The notes below the pieces were generated by a model. The model made no database searches. It worked only from the letters and a program-made list of their open reading frames with translations, and was not told the DNA's origin. Of a DNA stretch of 43,936 nucleotides, positions 19,762 to 32,178 are shown in pieces. Within the stretch, counting starts at the first letter, position 1; every line of letters starts with the position of its first letter. The stretch is taken from positions 1-43,936 of the forward strand of contig JBMTZJ010000001.1 of the NCBI GenBank assembly GCA_049455515.1, given 5' to 3'. The position numbers and the translations under genes are program-made. Origin of the DNA: Steroidobacteraceae bacterium. GTDB lineage: Bacteria; Pseudomonadota; Gammaproteobacteria; Steroidobacterales; Steroidobacteraceae.

Positions 19762-21403
19762 GATATCCGCTCGTGATCGGGTAACGCCAGTCGCGCCCGA
19801 AACCCCTTCGACTGACCCGCACGCCCGGCGGCGCCTGTCGTCGCTTGTATTCGTTACGCTTGACGAGGTCGAGTACGCGACCGACCGTCGCCCGATCGAA
19901 GCCCTTCGCCACGATCTCATCGACCGAGAGATCGTGCTCGATGAAGGCCTCGAGTATCGGGTCGAGGATCTCGTACGGCGGCAGGGAGTCTTCGTCCTTC
20001 TGGTCGTGACGTAACTCCGCCGACGGAGGGCGCTCGATCACTTTGACCGGGATCACCGCCGCCTCGCCCGCCGTGGCTGCGAGCGCGTTGCGATACGCGC
20101 AAAGCTTGTAAACCAATAGTTTGCTGCAATCTTTGATGGGCGCGAAGCCGCCGGCCATGTCACCGTAAAGCGTCGCGTAACCGACCGCCATTTCGCTCTT
20201 GTTGCCCGTGGTGAGCAGCATGCGACCCGTTTTGTTGGAGATGCCCATGAGCAGCTGCATGCGGCATCGCGACTGGATGTTCTCCTCGGTGGCATCGGGT
20301 TCACGACCCGCAAACTCTTCGCGCAGCGCCGCAAGCGTCGCGTCGAACATCCCCTCGATCGGGATCACGGAATATTTGACGCCGAGACGAATGGCCTGGG
20401 CAGCCGCCTCGTCGAGACTGAGCTGCGAGGTGTAACGCGAGGGCATCATCACGGCTTGTACGCGCTCAGCACCGAGCGCATCGACCGCAAGCGCGAGAGT
20501 GAGCGCGGAGTCGATACCGCCGGAGAGTCCGAGTACGACTCCCGGGAAACGATGTTTGCCGACGTAATCGCGCACGCCGAGCACGAGCGCCTGATAGATC
20601 TCGGCGACATCATCCTGTGCCGCAGTGATCTCACCTGTTGGCGTGGGCACGACTGCACCCGAGGCTGCACGCACGAACTCGACGACGCGCAGTGATTCGA
20701 CGAAGGCGGGCGAGCGATGGACCACCTCACCCGACGCATCGACGACGACGCTCTGGCCGTCGAAGACGAGCTCGTCCTGCCCACCCACGAGATTGACATA
20801 GACCACGGGCACGCCGGTCTCGACGGCTCGCGCTCGCAACACGGCCTCGCGGGAGGCTTGTTTGCCCTGCTCGTAGGGCGAGGCATTGGTGACGATCAAC
20901 AACTCGGCTCCCGCGACGCGCGCCGCCTTGGCGGGCGCCTCCTGCCAAATGTCCTCGCAGATCAACAAACCGATCTTGATCCCCGAATGATCGATCACGC
21001 AGGGCGTGCCACCACGCGCGAAGTAACGCTGCTCGTCGAAGACGCCGTAATTGGGTAGCGAGCCCTTGCGGTACCGCGCGCGCTCCTTGCCGTTCTCGAC
21101 CCAAGCGAGCGCGTTGTAGATCCCCTGTTCGGTGTATTCAGGAAACCCCACGAGCATGGCCGGCAAATCTTTGGTGTCGATGCAACGCGCGAGCGCAGAC
21201 TCGACCTGACGGCGAAACCCGCGGTGAAACAACAAATCTTCGGGCGGATATCCCGCGAGCGTGAGCTCGGGGAACACGACGAGGTCGGCACCCCCTGCGT
21301 GAGCCTCGCGTGCCCACTTCAGCACGCGAGCGGCATTGCCGCCCACATCGCCGACGAGCAGGTTGACCTGCGCGAGGGCGATCCGCAGCGAGCCGGTCGT
21401 CAA
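19754..21403 (-). CDS. nadE: Glutamine-dependent NAD+ synthetase
   Basis: The 549-aa ORF has an N-terminal CN-hydrolase domain ([38 protein letters not shown]) and a C-terminal NAD synthetase domain with GLSGGIDS. The only canonical start is TTG at 21401-21403, which overlaps the sucD TGA. Confidence 0.93.
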   Translation of the reverse strand: MTTGSLRIALAQVNLLVGDVGGNAARVLKWAREAHAGGADLVVFPELTLAGYPPEDLLFHRGFRRQVESALARCIDTKDLPAMLVGFPEYTEQGIYNALAWVENGKERARYRKGSLPNYGVFDEQRYFARGGTPCVIDHSGIKIGLLICEDIWQEAPAKAARVAGAELLIVTNASPYEQGKQASREAVLRARAVETGVPVVYVNLVGGQDELVFDGQSVVVDASGEVVHRSPAFVESLRVVEFVRAASGAVVPTPTGEITAAQDDVAEIYQALVLGVRDYVGKHRFPGVVLGLSGGIDSALTLALAVDALGAERVQAVMMPSRYTSQLSLDEAAAQAIRLGVKYSVIPIEGMFDATLAALREEFAGREPDATEENIQSRCRMQLLMGISNKTGRMLLTTGNKSEMAVGYATLYGDMAGGFAPIKDCSKLLVYKLCAYRNALAATAGEAAVIPVKVIERPPSAELRHDQKDEDSLPPYEILDPILEAFIEHDLSVDEIVAKGFDRATVGRVLDLVKRNEYKRRQAPPGVRVSRRGFGRDWRYPITSGYRR

Positions 21404-22284
21404 GCCTTCCGGCGCTTGCGCAACTGCTCTTCGATCGCCGAACCGAGTTCAGCCGGTGATCGAACCGTGCGCACGCCTGCCGCCTCGAGGGCGCGGAATT
21501 TGTCGGCGGCCGTGCCCTTGCCGCCCGCGATCACCGCACCGGCGTGACCCATGCGCTTGCCCGGCGGCGCTGTCACGCCTGCGATATAGGCGACAACGGG
21601 TTTGGTGACGTGTTGACGGATGAACTCCGCACCCGCCTCCTCGTCGCTGCCGCCGATTTCGCCCACCATCACGATGCCTTCGGTCTTCGGGTCGTCCTGG
21701 AAGAGCGCGAGCACATCAATGAAATTCATGCCGCGCACGGGATCACCGCCGATACCGACGCACGTGCTCTGACCGAGTCCGTTGTTCGTAGTCTGGAACA
21801 CAGTCTCGTACGTGAGCGTGCCGGAGCGCGACACGATGCCGACACAACCCGGCTTGTGGATGAAGCCCGGCATGATGCCGATCTTGCACTCCCCGGGCGT
21901 GATGATGCCGGGGCAATTCGGACCGATGAGTCGTGACTTCGAGCCAGCGAGCGCGGTCTTCACGCGCACCATGTCGTTCACCGGGATCCCCTCGGTGATG
22001 CAAACGATAAGTTCGATACCGGCATCGGCCGCTTCGAGAATGGCATCGGCCGCGTACGCAGCCGGAACGTAAATCATCGAGGCATTGGCGCCGGTTGCGG
22101 CGACGGCATCGTGCACGGTGTCGAAGACCGGACGATCGAGATGCTTTTCGCCACCCCGCCCCGGCGTGACACCGCCGACGACCTGAGTGCCGTACGCGAT
22201 GCATTGTTCGGAATGGAACGTGCCTTGCTTACCCGTGAAGCCCTGGCAGATCACTTTGGTGTTCTTGTCAACGAGAATACTCAT
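21400..22284 (-). CDS. sucD: Succinate--CoA ligase subunit alpha
   Basis: The 294-aa ORF begins [45 protein letters not shown] and contains the phosphohistidine region GHAGA. Confidence 0.97.
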   Translation of the reverse strand: MSILVDKNTKVICQGFTGKQGTFHSEQCIAYGTQVVGGVTPGRGGEKHLDRPVFDTVHDAVAATGANASMIYVPAAYAADAILEAADAGIELIVCITEGIPVNDMVRVKTALAGSKSRLIGPNCPGIITPGECKIGIMPGFIHKPGCVGIVSRSGTLTYETVFQTTNNGLGQSTCVGIGGDPVRGMNFIDVLALFQDDPKTEGIVMVGEIGGSDEEAGAEFIRQHVTKPVVAYIAGVTAPPGKRMGHAGAVIAGGKGTAADKFRALEAAGVRTVRSPAELGSAIEEQLRKRRKA

Positions 22285-22332
22285 GAGTCGAATCCTGTCA
22301 GCTTGTAGTGCGTGCGCGGTCGACGATGTACG

Positions 22333-23493
22333 TCAGCGCGCGGCTGCGACGACTTTTTGCGCCGCGTCGGTGAGATCTTTGGCAGCGATGACCTTGAGCC
22401 CGCTCGAGGCCAACATCTCGCGCGCCTTTTCGGCATTGGTGCCTTCGAGGCGTACGACCACCGGCACTTTGACCCCCACGTTCTTGACGGCTGTGATGAC
22501 GCCCTCCGCGATGAGATCGCAGCGCACGATACCGCCGAAAATATTGACGAGGATGGCCTTGACCTTGGGATTGGAGAGAATGAGCTTGAACGCCACCGTC
22601 ACGCGTTCGGCGGTCGCACCGCCACCCACGTCCAGGAAGTTCGCCGGCGAACCGCCGTGCAACTTGATGAGGTCCATGGTCGCCATCGCAAGACCTGCGC
22701 CATTGACCATGCACGCGATGTCGCCATCGAGCGACACGTAGTTGAGGTCGTGCTGGCTTGCCTGCAACTCCATGGGATCTTCTTGTGCGGTATCGCGCAT
22801 TGCCGCGAGCGCTTTCTGGCGATACGTCGCGTTGGCGTCGATATTGATCTTCGCATCGAGCGCAACGAGGTCGCCCGTCTTGGTCACGATCAGCGGATTG
22901 ACCTCGAGAAGGCTAGCGTCCTTATCGAGATAAAGCTGGTAAAGCGGCATCGCAATTTTTTGGAACTGCGCGATCTGTGCATCTTTGAAGCCGAGTGCAA
23001 ACGCCATGCGTCGGCACTGATAGGGCTGCAACCCTGCAGCCGGATGAATGTTCACCGTGGTGATTTTTTCTGGTGAATGTTCGGCGACTTCTTCGATATC
23101 CATGCCGCCGGCGGCCGAGCCGACCATCGCGATAAAACCTTTCTCGCGGTTGAGCGTCAGCGAGAGATAGATCTCGCGTTCGATGGCCGAGCCGGTCTCG
23201 ACGTACACGCGATCGACCGGCAGCCCTTCGGGCCCGGTCTGCTTCGTGGCGAGACGCGTGCCGAGCATGGCTTTTGCCGCCTCGCGCACGGTCTGAGTGT
23301 CGCGCGCGAGCTTGACGCCACCCGCCTTCCCGCGACCCCCCGCATGGACTTGTGCCTTCACGACCCAGACCTGACCGCCGAGCGCCTCGGCCGCAGCGAC
23401 CGCCTCCTCGGGCGTGGCCGCTACGCGGCCGGCCGGAACGGGTATTCCGTACGCCGAAAAGACTTCTTTCGCCTGATATTCGTGAAGATTCAT
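22333..23493 (-). CDS. sucC: Succinate--CoA ligase subunit beta
   Basis: The internal Met of track ORF 22333..23640 starts [24 protein letters not shown], giving 386 aa with the ATP-grasp fold. ATG is at 23491-23493. Confidence 0.97.
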   Translation of the reverse strand: MNLHEYQAKEVFSAYGIPVPAGRVAATPEEAVAAAEALGGQVWVVKAQVHAGGRGKAGGVKLARDTQTVREAAKAMLGTRLATKQTGPEGLPVDRVYVETGSAIEREIYLSLTLNREKGFIAMVGSAAGGMDIEEVAEHSPEKITTVNIHPAAGLQPYQCRRMAFALGFKDAQIAQFQKIAMPLYQLYLDKDASLLEVNPLIVTKTGDLVALDAKINIDANATYRQKALAAMRDTAQEDPMELQASQHDLNYVSLDGDIACMVNGAGLAMATMDLIKLHGGSPANFLDVGGGATAERVTVAFKLILSNPKVKAILVNIFGGIVRCDLIAEGVITAVKNVGVKVPVVVRLEGTNAEKAREMLASSGLKVIAAKDLTDAAQKVVAAAR

Positions 23494-23561
23494 CGAGACC
23501 CCCCAAACCTGCTGGACTAAACTCGCATTTTCGTCGAAACCCGAGGTTAAGGGAACCGCTG

Positions 23562-24443
23562 ATGACGGATGCACTCGCCTCGATGCCGCAGGGGCTGCAG
23601 ATCCTGGCCGCTCCGGGGGTGTTTCCCGTTGTGGCGGCATTACTCGGACTCATCGTCGGTAGTTTTCTCAACACGGTCATCCATCGCGTACCGCGCATGC
23701 TCGAGCGCGAGTGGCGAGCCCAATGCGCCGAACTCGAGGGTCGCGTCTCCAACTCGCCCCGATACAACCTCATCGCACCGCGATCGCACTGCCCGGCTTG
23801 CGAAACACCGATTCGCGCGCGACATCTCGTACCGCTCATCAGTTGGATCGCGCTTCGCGGGCGTTGCGCCGCCTGCGGCACGGCCATCGCCGCGCGTTAT
23901 CCGCTGATCGAGCTCGCTACCGCCATCGTGTTCGCGCTCGTGGCACTGAGGTTCGGCTCGGGAATCGAAGCGTGGGCTGCACTGCTACTCACGGCATTTC
24001 TCATCGCGCTCGCGGTGATCGACTTCGATACGCACTATCTGCCCGACCAGATGACGCTTCCATTGCTTTGGATCGGACTCGCGGCGAGCTTGTTGGGTGA
24101 TGTCCGCACCGCCGTGATCGGCGCAATCGTGGGTTATCTTTCGCTATGGGCGTTCTATCACTTGTTCAAAATAATCACCGGCAAGGAAGGCATGGGTTAC
24201 GGCGACTTCAAATTATTCGCAGCCCTCGGTGCGTGGCTCGGACCTGCCGCACTGATGCCCGTGATCCTCATCGCGTCTATCGCCGGCGCCGCAGTCGGAC
24301 TCACGCTCGTGTTGTTGCTCGGGCGCTCCCGCGAGCAACCTTTGGCCTTCGGGCCCTTTCTCGCTGCAGCCGGTTGGATCGTCATGATGTGGGGCGAGAC
24401 GGTGCCGGGTGCCATGCTGCTCAAAGATTGGACGGGCTACTGA
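23562..24443 (+). CDS. pilD: Prepilin peptidase / N-methyltransferase (type IV pilin leader peptidase)
   Basis: The internal Met of track ORF 23352..24443 gives 293 aa. The protein has the cysteine pairs CPACETP...CAACG, the first catalytic Asp in DFDTHYLPD, and the second in [16 protein letters not shown]. It is followed by coaE, as in Pseudomonas. Confidence 0.92.
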   Translation: MTDALASMPQGLQILAAPGVFPVVAALLGLIVGSFLNTVIHRVPRMLEREWRAQCAELEGRVSNSPRYNLIAPRSHCPACETPIRARHLVPLISWIALRGRCAACGTAIAARYPLIELATAIVFALVALRFGSGIEAWAALLLTAFLIALAVIDFDTHYLPDQMTLPLLWIGLAASLLGDVRTAVIGAIVGYLSLWAFYHLFKIITGKEGMGYGDFKLFAALGAWLGPAALMPVILIASIAGAAVGLTLVLLLGRSREQPLAFGPFLAAAGWIVMMWGETVPGAMLLKDWTGY

Positions 24444-24446
24444 TCG

Positions 24447-25064
24447 ATGTTTCGCGTAGGTCTCACCGGAGGAATTGCCAGCGGTAAATCGCGCGCGAGC
24501 GAAATCTTCGCGACGCTCGGCGTGACCGTGATCGACAGCGACGTCATTGCACGAGAAATTGTGGCCCCAGGAAGCGAGGGGCTTGCGGCCATCGTGCAGC
24601 GGTTCGGTCCCGAGGTACTCGATGCCCAAGGTCAGCTCGATCGGCGGGCGTTACGGACCCGCGTCTTTGCCGATCCGACCGCCAGAGAAGACCTCGAGGC
24701 CATCACTCATCCCCGCATCCGTGCCCGAATGGCGACGCTCAACCGCGAGGCGAGCGGGCCGTATGTCATCAATGCAATTCCGTTGCTCGCCGAAACGGGC
24801 GGACGACGCGACCTCGACCGAGTGCTCGTAATCGACTGCCCCGAGACCCTGCAAATTACCCGAGTAATGGCGCGCGATCACGTCGACGAAGCGGCGGCGC
24901 GGACGATCCTACGGGCACAGGCGACACGCGAGGCGCGACTCGCCATCGCCGACGACGTGATCGTCAACGACGGCGACGCTGCGGCGCTCGAAACCGCGGT
25001 CAGATCGCTCCATCAGCGTTACCTCGCACTCTCAGCAGCCCCTCCGAAACCCGAAAAAAGTTAA
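24447..25064 (+). CDS. coaE: Dephospho-CoA kinase
   Basis: The 205-aa ORF begins MFRVGLTGGIASGKSRASEIF (P-loop) and shows full-length CoaE similarity. Confidence 0.93.
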   Translation: MFRVGLTGGIASGKSRASEIFATLGVTVIDSDVIAREIVAPGSEGLAAIVQRFGPEVLDAQGQLDRRALRTRVFADPTAREDLEAITHPRIRARMATLNREASGPYVINAIPLLAETGGRRDLDRVLVIDCPETLQITRVMARDHVDEAAARTILRAQATREARLAIADDVIVNDGDAAALETAVRSLHQRYLALSAAPPKPEKS

Positions 25065-25115
25065 ATCGGACCGACTTGGGTGGCGGTCGGGGTCGGGCTG
25101 TAACAGAATACGAAA

Positions 25116-25928
25116 ATGACCGAAGTGGTCGCAAAGGGGGCAGCCACGGCGCCTGCGGGCAACGAGGGGCCCTTAGTTTTCGAGCAACCGCTCAACGAGC
25201 GGATGCGCGCCTATTTGCGTATCGACTTCCTCTTCAATCAGGGCCTCTTCCACGCCCACTCCAACTCGCAGTGGGGCAGTCGTGCCGCGATTGCGAGCTT
25301 GCTCGACATCCTCGCCATCATCACCCGCAGCGACATCCGCGCCGACGTGCTCAAAGAACTCGAGCGACAGATCGCGGTGTACACGGAGTTTCAGCGTCGT
25401 CCCAACATCGACGTCGATCGACTGCAGGCGCTCGTCGCGAATCTCACCCGTCTGCGCACCGAGCTGCTCGGCGCAGGCTCGACTTGGATGCAGCCGCTTC
25501 GTGACTCGAGCTTCCTCGCCGCGATTCGGCACCGCAGCACCATCCCGGGCGGCACCTGCGATTTCGATCTTCCCGATCTGTCGTTCTGGCTCGCACAATC
25601 GACCGACGCACGCGAGCAAACATTAGCCGAGTGGTTCGCGTTGCTGCGCCCGCTGTGCGACTCCATCGCCGAGCTGCTCTGGCTCACCCGTCAAAGCGGT
25701 CGCGCACGCGCCGAAGTGGCAACGAACGGTGTCTTCCACATCACGTTCGATCGCGGTCAGCCCGTGCAGCTCATGCGTGTCGCCGTTTCAGCGGACTTCG
25801 GTGTATTCCCCGAGATCAGCGGGAGTCATTACCGTGCGAGCGTACGATTCGTGAGCTGGCAGGGCCTCAACGAACGGGCACGCCAAGTCGAGAGCGATGT
25901 GCCTTTCGAGCTCATCTGTTGCAGCTGA
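25116..25928 (+). CDS. zapD: Cell division protein ZapD (YacF family)
   Basis: The 270-aa ORF contains LVFEQPLNERMRAYLRIDFLFNQ and ELERQIAVYTEFQRRPNIDVDRL, both typical of ZapD. It sits downstream of coaE, as in other gammaproteobacteria. Confidence 0.88.
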   Translation: MTEVVAKGAATAPAGNEGPLVFEQPLNERMRAYLRIDFLFNQGLFHAHSNSQWGSRAAIASLLDILAIITRSDIRADVLKELERQIAVYTEFQRRPNIDVDRLQALVANLTRLRTELLGAGSTWMQPLRDSSFLAAIRHRSTIPGGTCDFDLPDLSFWLAQSTDAREQTLAEWFALLRPLCDSIAELLWLTRQSGRARAEVATNGVFHITFDRGQPVQLMRVAVSADFGVFPEISGSHYRASVRFVSWQGLNERARQVESDVPFELICCS

Positions 25929-26551
25929 TGAAACTCTACGACAACGGATTCGCACCGAGCCCGCGCCGCGTGCGCATGTTCATCGCCGAAAAAGGCCTCG
26001 AGTCGCGCGGCGTGACGATCACGCGGGTGCCGATCGATATCGCCAATCAAGAGACTCAGAGTCCGGCATTTCGCGAAGTGAATCCGCTCGGCGAGGTTCC
26101 GGTGCTCGAACTCGACGATGGCACGCGCATTCGCGAATCACTCGCGATTTGTCGTTACCTCGAAAGCTTGTACCCCGAGCCCTGTCTCCTCGGCGCGACG
26201 CCTCTCGAACGGGCGCGGATCGAAGCCATAACACTCGAGATCATGTTTCGGGTGTACGTTCCGACGACGCATGCCTTTCGTCATACGCACAAGTTTTGGC
26301 AGGGTCGCGTGACGCAGATCGTCGAGTACGGTGCGCTCGCGCGAGATCAGGTTCTCGAAGAGTGGCGTCGCATCGATACCCTGCTTCGCGGACGCGAGTT
26401 CATTGCGGGCGATACGTTCTCGATGGCCGACATCGTCGCCTTCACGACGCTGGAGTTCGGCAAACCCTCAGGTATTCGGCTACAACCGGAGCAGGCCGAC
26501 CTCGGGCGCTGGCACGCAGCCATCGCTGCGCGACCGAGCGCCAAGGCCTGA
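25928..26551 (+). CDS. Glutathione S-transferase family protein
   Basis: The internal Met of track ORF 25631..26551 starts MKLYDNGFAPSPRRVRMFIAEKG. The thioredoxin-like N-domain contains NPLGEVPVLELDDGTRIRESLAICRYLE, and an alpha-helical C-domain follows. ATG at 25928-25930 shares one base with the zapD TGA. Confidence 0.85.
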   Translation: MKLYDNGFAPSPRRVRMFIAEKGLESRGVTITRVPIDIANQETQSPAFREVNPLGEVPVLELDDGTRIRESLAICRYLESLYPEPCLLGATPLERARIEAITLEIMFRVYVPTTHAFRHTHKFWQGRVTQIVEYGALARDQVLEEWRRIDTLLRGREFIAGDTFSMADIVAFTTLEFGKPSGIRLQPEQADLGRWHAAIAARPSAKA

Positions 26552-26555
26552 GACC

Positions 26556-28709
26556 TCAAGGCGTCTTGATGCCGAGCATCGCCGCCGCGAAAGCCCACTG
26601 ATCCGCGAAATCTTCGATCTGCATCCAGGTGGGCTTGCCGGCGCCGTGCCCCGCTCGGGTTTCGACGCGCAGCAGAATCGGTGACGCACAGCCCTGACCA
26701 TGCTGCAATGCTGCTGCAAATTTGTAGCTGTGCCACGGAACGACGCGATCATCGCGATCGGCCGTCGTGATGAGCGTCGGCGGATAACAGGTGCCCGGCT
26801 TGACGTTATGCACAGGTGAATACGCGAGCAGCGCCTCGAATTCTTTGGGATCTTCCGAGAGGCCATAGTCCGAGGACCACTGGCGCGCATTCGCGCTTGC
26901 GGTGTGATAGCGAAGCATATCGAGCACGCCGACGCCCGGGAGCGTCGCCGCGAAAAGATCGGGCCGTTGCAGCAAGGTGGCGCCGACCAGCAATCCGCCG
27001 TTGCTGCGCCCCGAGATCGCGAGTCGTCGTGGGTTGGTGTACCCCTCGCGCACGAGATACTCCGCCGCCGCGATGAAATCGTCGAACACGTTCTGCTTGC
27101 GCAGCTTGGTGCCCGCCTCGTGCCAAGGCTCACCGTATTCACCGCCGCCGCGCAGATTGGCTTCGACGTAGATGCCGCCCATCTCGAGCCAGGTGATGAC
27201 GGTGGGCCGGAATGTCGGTGTCACCGAAACATTGAAGCCGCCATACCCGTAGAGCAGCGTCGGCGCCTGCCCGTCCTGCTTGAGATCACGGCGGTGGGTG
27301 ATGAACATCGGCACGCGCGTGCCGTCTTTGCTGGGGTAGAACACCTGTCGCGTGACATATTGCGACGTATCCGCGCCGAACTTTGGCGCACGCCAGATGC
27401 TCGTCGAAAGATCGGCGAGATCGAGGCGCATGACTTGCCCCGGTCGCAGGTAGTCCGCGTAGGCAAAGAAGGTTTCCGTGTCGGTAGCGTCGCCGCTGAA
27501 ACCGGCGATCGTTCCGAGGCCCGGCACGGCGACCTCGCCGAGCGCTCGCCCATCGCGATCGAAGACGCGGGCGACACCGTGCGCATCGCGCACGTAACGC
27601 ACGATGATGCGCCCTCCGACGAAGCTCGCCTCATCGAGAGCGAGCGTATCCTGAGGCACGAGCTCTCGCCATTTCTGTGGCGAGGGATCACGCGCATCAA
27701 CCGCGATCACCCGGCTCTGTGGCGCGTTGTTGGTGGTGACGACGTAGATGGTGTCGCCTTCGCTGCCGATGATGGAATATCGCGCATCCCAGGCGCCGAA
27801 GAGCGTGCGCGGCGCCGCTTTCGGATTTTGCAGATCGATGAGATCGATGCCATTCGTGCGATAGCCATCGAAAAGCGAAACGAACAGCCAACGGCCATCG
27901 TCGGACACGCTGGCCGACGGTGCGCGACGCGGATGATCTTTGACGCGGTAGATCTCGACGTCGCGGTCTTGGGCATCCCCGAGTCGATGAAAGTGAACCA
28001 CCGGCTGACCCTGGTCGTCGCCACGAGCGGGATCGTCGGTGCGACGGGGATATCGGCTGTAGTACACGCCAGAGCCGTCCGGTGCCCACGACAGCCCCCA
28101 GAACTTGGTCAAGCGCAGCTCGTCGGATAAATCGACGCCATCCGCCGTTCGACGGAACTTCCAGATTTCCCAATCGGTACCGCCATCCGACAAGGAATAC
28201 GCAACGATGCTACCGTCAGGCGACGGCTCGTAACGCGCGAGCGCTACCGTCGCATCACGACTGGCCGCATTGGGGTCGAAGAGTACCCGCGGCTTACCTT
28301 GCAGCGAATCGGCTACGTAGAGCACGCTCTGGTTCTGTCGGCCGTCGTTACGGACAAAGAAATATTTTCCGCCCTTCTTGCGCGGTATACCGACACGCTC
28401 GTAATTCCAGAGATCGGTCAGACGCTTCTGAATCCAATTACGCTGCGGCAGCGACTCGAGCCAGGGCTTGGCGAGTGCGTTCTGCGCCGCGACGAACTCT
28501 CGCGTAGCGGGCAAGTCGGGCTGCTCAAGCCAGCGGTAAGGATCGGCTACGGACTGGCCGTGATACACGTCGATGACGTCTCCCCGAGCCACCTTCGGAT
28601 AGGAAATCGAGGCAGACGAGGCGTTGGTTTCGGACATGGCGGTCTCTGCGGTGATCGTGACGAGCAGCGCGGCGGCGAGCACGAGGACTCGCGGGTGGCG
28701 ATGAGACAT
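26556..28709 (-). CDS. Prolyl oligopeptidase (S9A family serine peptidase), predicted exported
   Basis: The internal Met of track ORF 26556..28970 starts MSHRHPRVLVLAAALLVTITAETAMS, which is signal-like, with GAGAGGAA upstream. The ORF begins with YPKVARGDVIDVYHGQSVADPYRWLE (POP N-terminus). The catalytic Ser lies in ISGRSNGGLL, the Asp in TADRDDRVVP, and the His in RAGHGAG. Confidence 0.9.
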   Translation of the reverse strand: MSHRHPRVLVLAAALLVTITAETAMSETNASSASISYPKVARGDVIDVYHGQSVADPYRWLEQPDLPATREFVAAQNALAKPWLESLPQRNWIQKRLTDLWNYERVGIPRKKGGKYFFVRNDGRQNQSVLYVADSLQGKPRVLFDPNAASRDATVALARYEPSPDGSIVAYSLSDGGTDWEIWKFRRTADGVDLSDELRLTKFWGLSWAPDGSGVYYSRYPRRTDDPARGDDQGQPVVHFHRLGDAQDRDVEIYRVKDHPRRAPSASVSDDGRWLFVSLFDGYRTNGIDLIDLQNPKAAPRTLFGAWDARYSIIGSEGDTIYVVTTNNAPQSRVIAVDARDPSPQKWRELVPQDTLALDEASFVGGRIIVRYVRDAHGVARVFDRDGRALGEVAVPGLGTIAGFSGDATDTETFFAYADYLRPGQVMRLDLADLSTSIWRAPKFGADTSQYVTRQVFYPSKDGTRVPMFITHRRDLKQDGQAPTLLYGYGGFNVSVTPTFRPTVITWLEMGGIYVEANLRGGGEYGEPWHEAGTKLRKQNVFDDFIAAAEYLVREGYTNPRRLAISGRSNGGLLVGATLLQRPDLFAATLPGVGVLDMLRYHTASANARQWSSDYGLSEDPKEFEALLAYSPVHNVKPGTCYPPTLITTADRDDRVVPWHSYKFAAALQHGQGCASPILLRVETRAGHGAGKPTWMQIEDFADQWAFAAAMLGIKTP

Positions 28710-28764
28710 ATTCCTCTCTACACTGGGTTTCATCTGGATGACGGATGTTACTTGACACCGATAC

Positions 28765-31101
<2,337 letters not shown>

Positions 31102-31129
31102 ACCCGCAGGAATACGGAAGCCCGCCTCC

Positions 31130-31768
31130 ATGCGCAGTCTGAAACCCCTCTTCGATCGCAACCGTGAGTGGTCTGCGGATATCACGGCCCAAGATCCGGC
31201 ATTCTTCGAGAAGCTGGTGGGACAGCAGTCACCCGACTATCTCTGGATCGGCTGCGCCGACAGTCGCGTGCCGGCCAATGAAATCGTCGGCTTACTCCCG
31301 GGCGAACTCTTCGTGCACCGTAACGTCGCCAACGTCGTCGTACACACCGATCTCAATTGTCTGTCGGTGCTGCAGTATGCCGTCGACGTACTCGACGTCG
31401 AGCATGTCATCGTCTGTGGTCACTATGGTTGTGGCGGCGTGCACGCTGCGATGCGCAACGACCGCTTGGGACTCATCGACAACTGGCTGAGACACGTGCA
31501 AGACGTCATGAAAAAACACCATGCGCGTCTCGCCGAACTGCCGACCGAAGCCGCTCGACTACGTCGGCTCTGCGAACTCAATGTGATCGAGCAAGTCCTC
31601 AACGTGGGTCAGACGACCATCGTTCAGAGCGCATGGGACCGCGGCAAGGCGCTCGAGATCCACGGTTGGATCTACGATCTGCACGACGGATTGCTCAAAG
31701 ATCTCTCGGTCTGCGTGAAATCGCAGACCGAGTTTGTCGAGGTTTACCGGCAAGTCGCCGACGCCTGA
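31130..31768 (+). CDS. can: Beta-class carbonic anhydrase
   Basis: The internal Met of track ORF 30863..31768 starts MRSLKPLFDRNREWSADITAQDPAFFEKL. The zinc-ligand motifs are CADSRVPANEI and GHYGCGGV. The product is 212 aa. Confidence 0.92.
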   Translation: MRSLKPLFDRNREWSADITAQDPAFFEKLVGQQSPDYLWIGCADSRVPANEIVGLLPGELFVHRNVANVVVHTDLNCLSVLQYAVDVLDVEHVIVCGHYGCGGVHAAMRNDRLGLIDNWLRHVQDVMKKHHARLAELPTEAARLRRLCELNVIEQVLNVGQTTIVQSAWDRGKALEIHGWIYDLHDGLLKDLSVCVKSQTEFVEVYRQVADA

Positions 31769-31788
31769 CGAGGCGCCGACCCCCGTAC

Positions 31789-32178
31789 TCAGGGCATCTT
31801 GATCTTGCCGCCGAGGGTCTGTCCGAGCGCGGCGCCCGACTCGGGTACGACGATACGCGAGGCCGCTTCACGCCGCATTTGCTGCGCCTCCTCGATGGCG
31901 TCTTCGAGCGCTTTCTTTACGGCATCCGGAAATTTTTCGATGGCTTCGGCGAGATCTTTGGCATCGATCTCGAACCCGAGTGGCAGCACGCCGCCCGGCG
32001 TCATCAGCTGTGTCTGGCCGAGCCAGAGTACGGGACGCGAGGCATCCTGTGAGCCATCCGCAAGCACCGGAATCATGCGGCGCAGTGTGCCGGCGCGGCG
32101 ATCGGTGAACACATCCTCTCGATAGAGACTGGCGGAGTCGATTTTGATTTCGGGTAGACCGAGGTCGGGGTTGCTCAT
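31789..32178 (-). CDS. Hypothetical cytoplasmic protein (129 aa), with no family recognised
   Basis: The internal Met of track ORF 31789..32595 starts MSNPDLGLPEIKIDSASLYRED, with AAGGAAAG 4 nt upstream. Its ATG (32176-32178) overlaps the aldehyde dehydrogenase stop (ATGA). The upstream part of the track ORF lies inside the dehydrogenase gene and is Arg-rich. Confidence 0.6.
   Translation of the reverse strand: MSNPDLGLPEIKIDSASLYREDVFTDRRAGTLRRMIPVLADGSQDASRPVLWLGQTQLMTPGGVLPLGFEIDAKDLAEAIEKFPDAVKKALEDAIEEAQQMRREAASRIVVPESGAALGQTLGGKIKMP

Noticed and set aside
28752-28757. A perfect TTGACA hexamer in the spacer between the two S9 peptidases.
   Set aside because: It lies only 7 nt upstream of the DPP-IV ATG, so it cannot be a -35 element for that gene. 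I found no properly spaced -10 for the opposite gene. It is probably coincidental.
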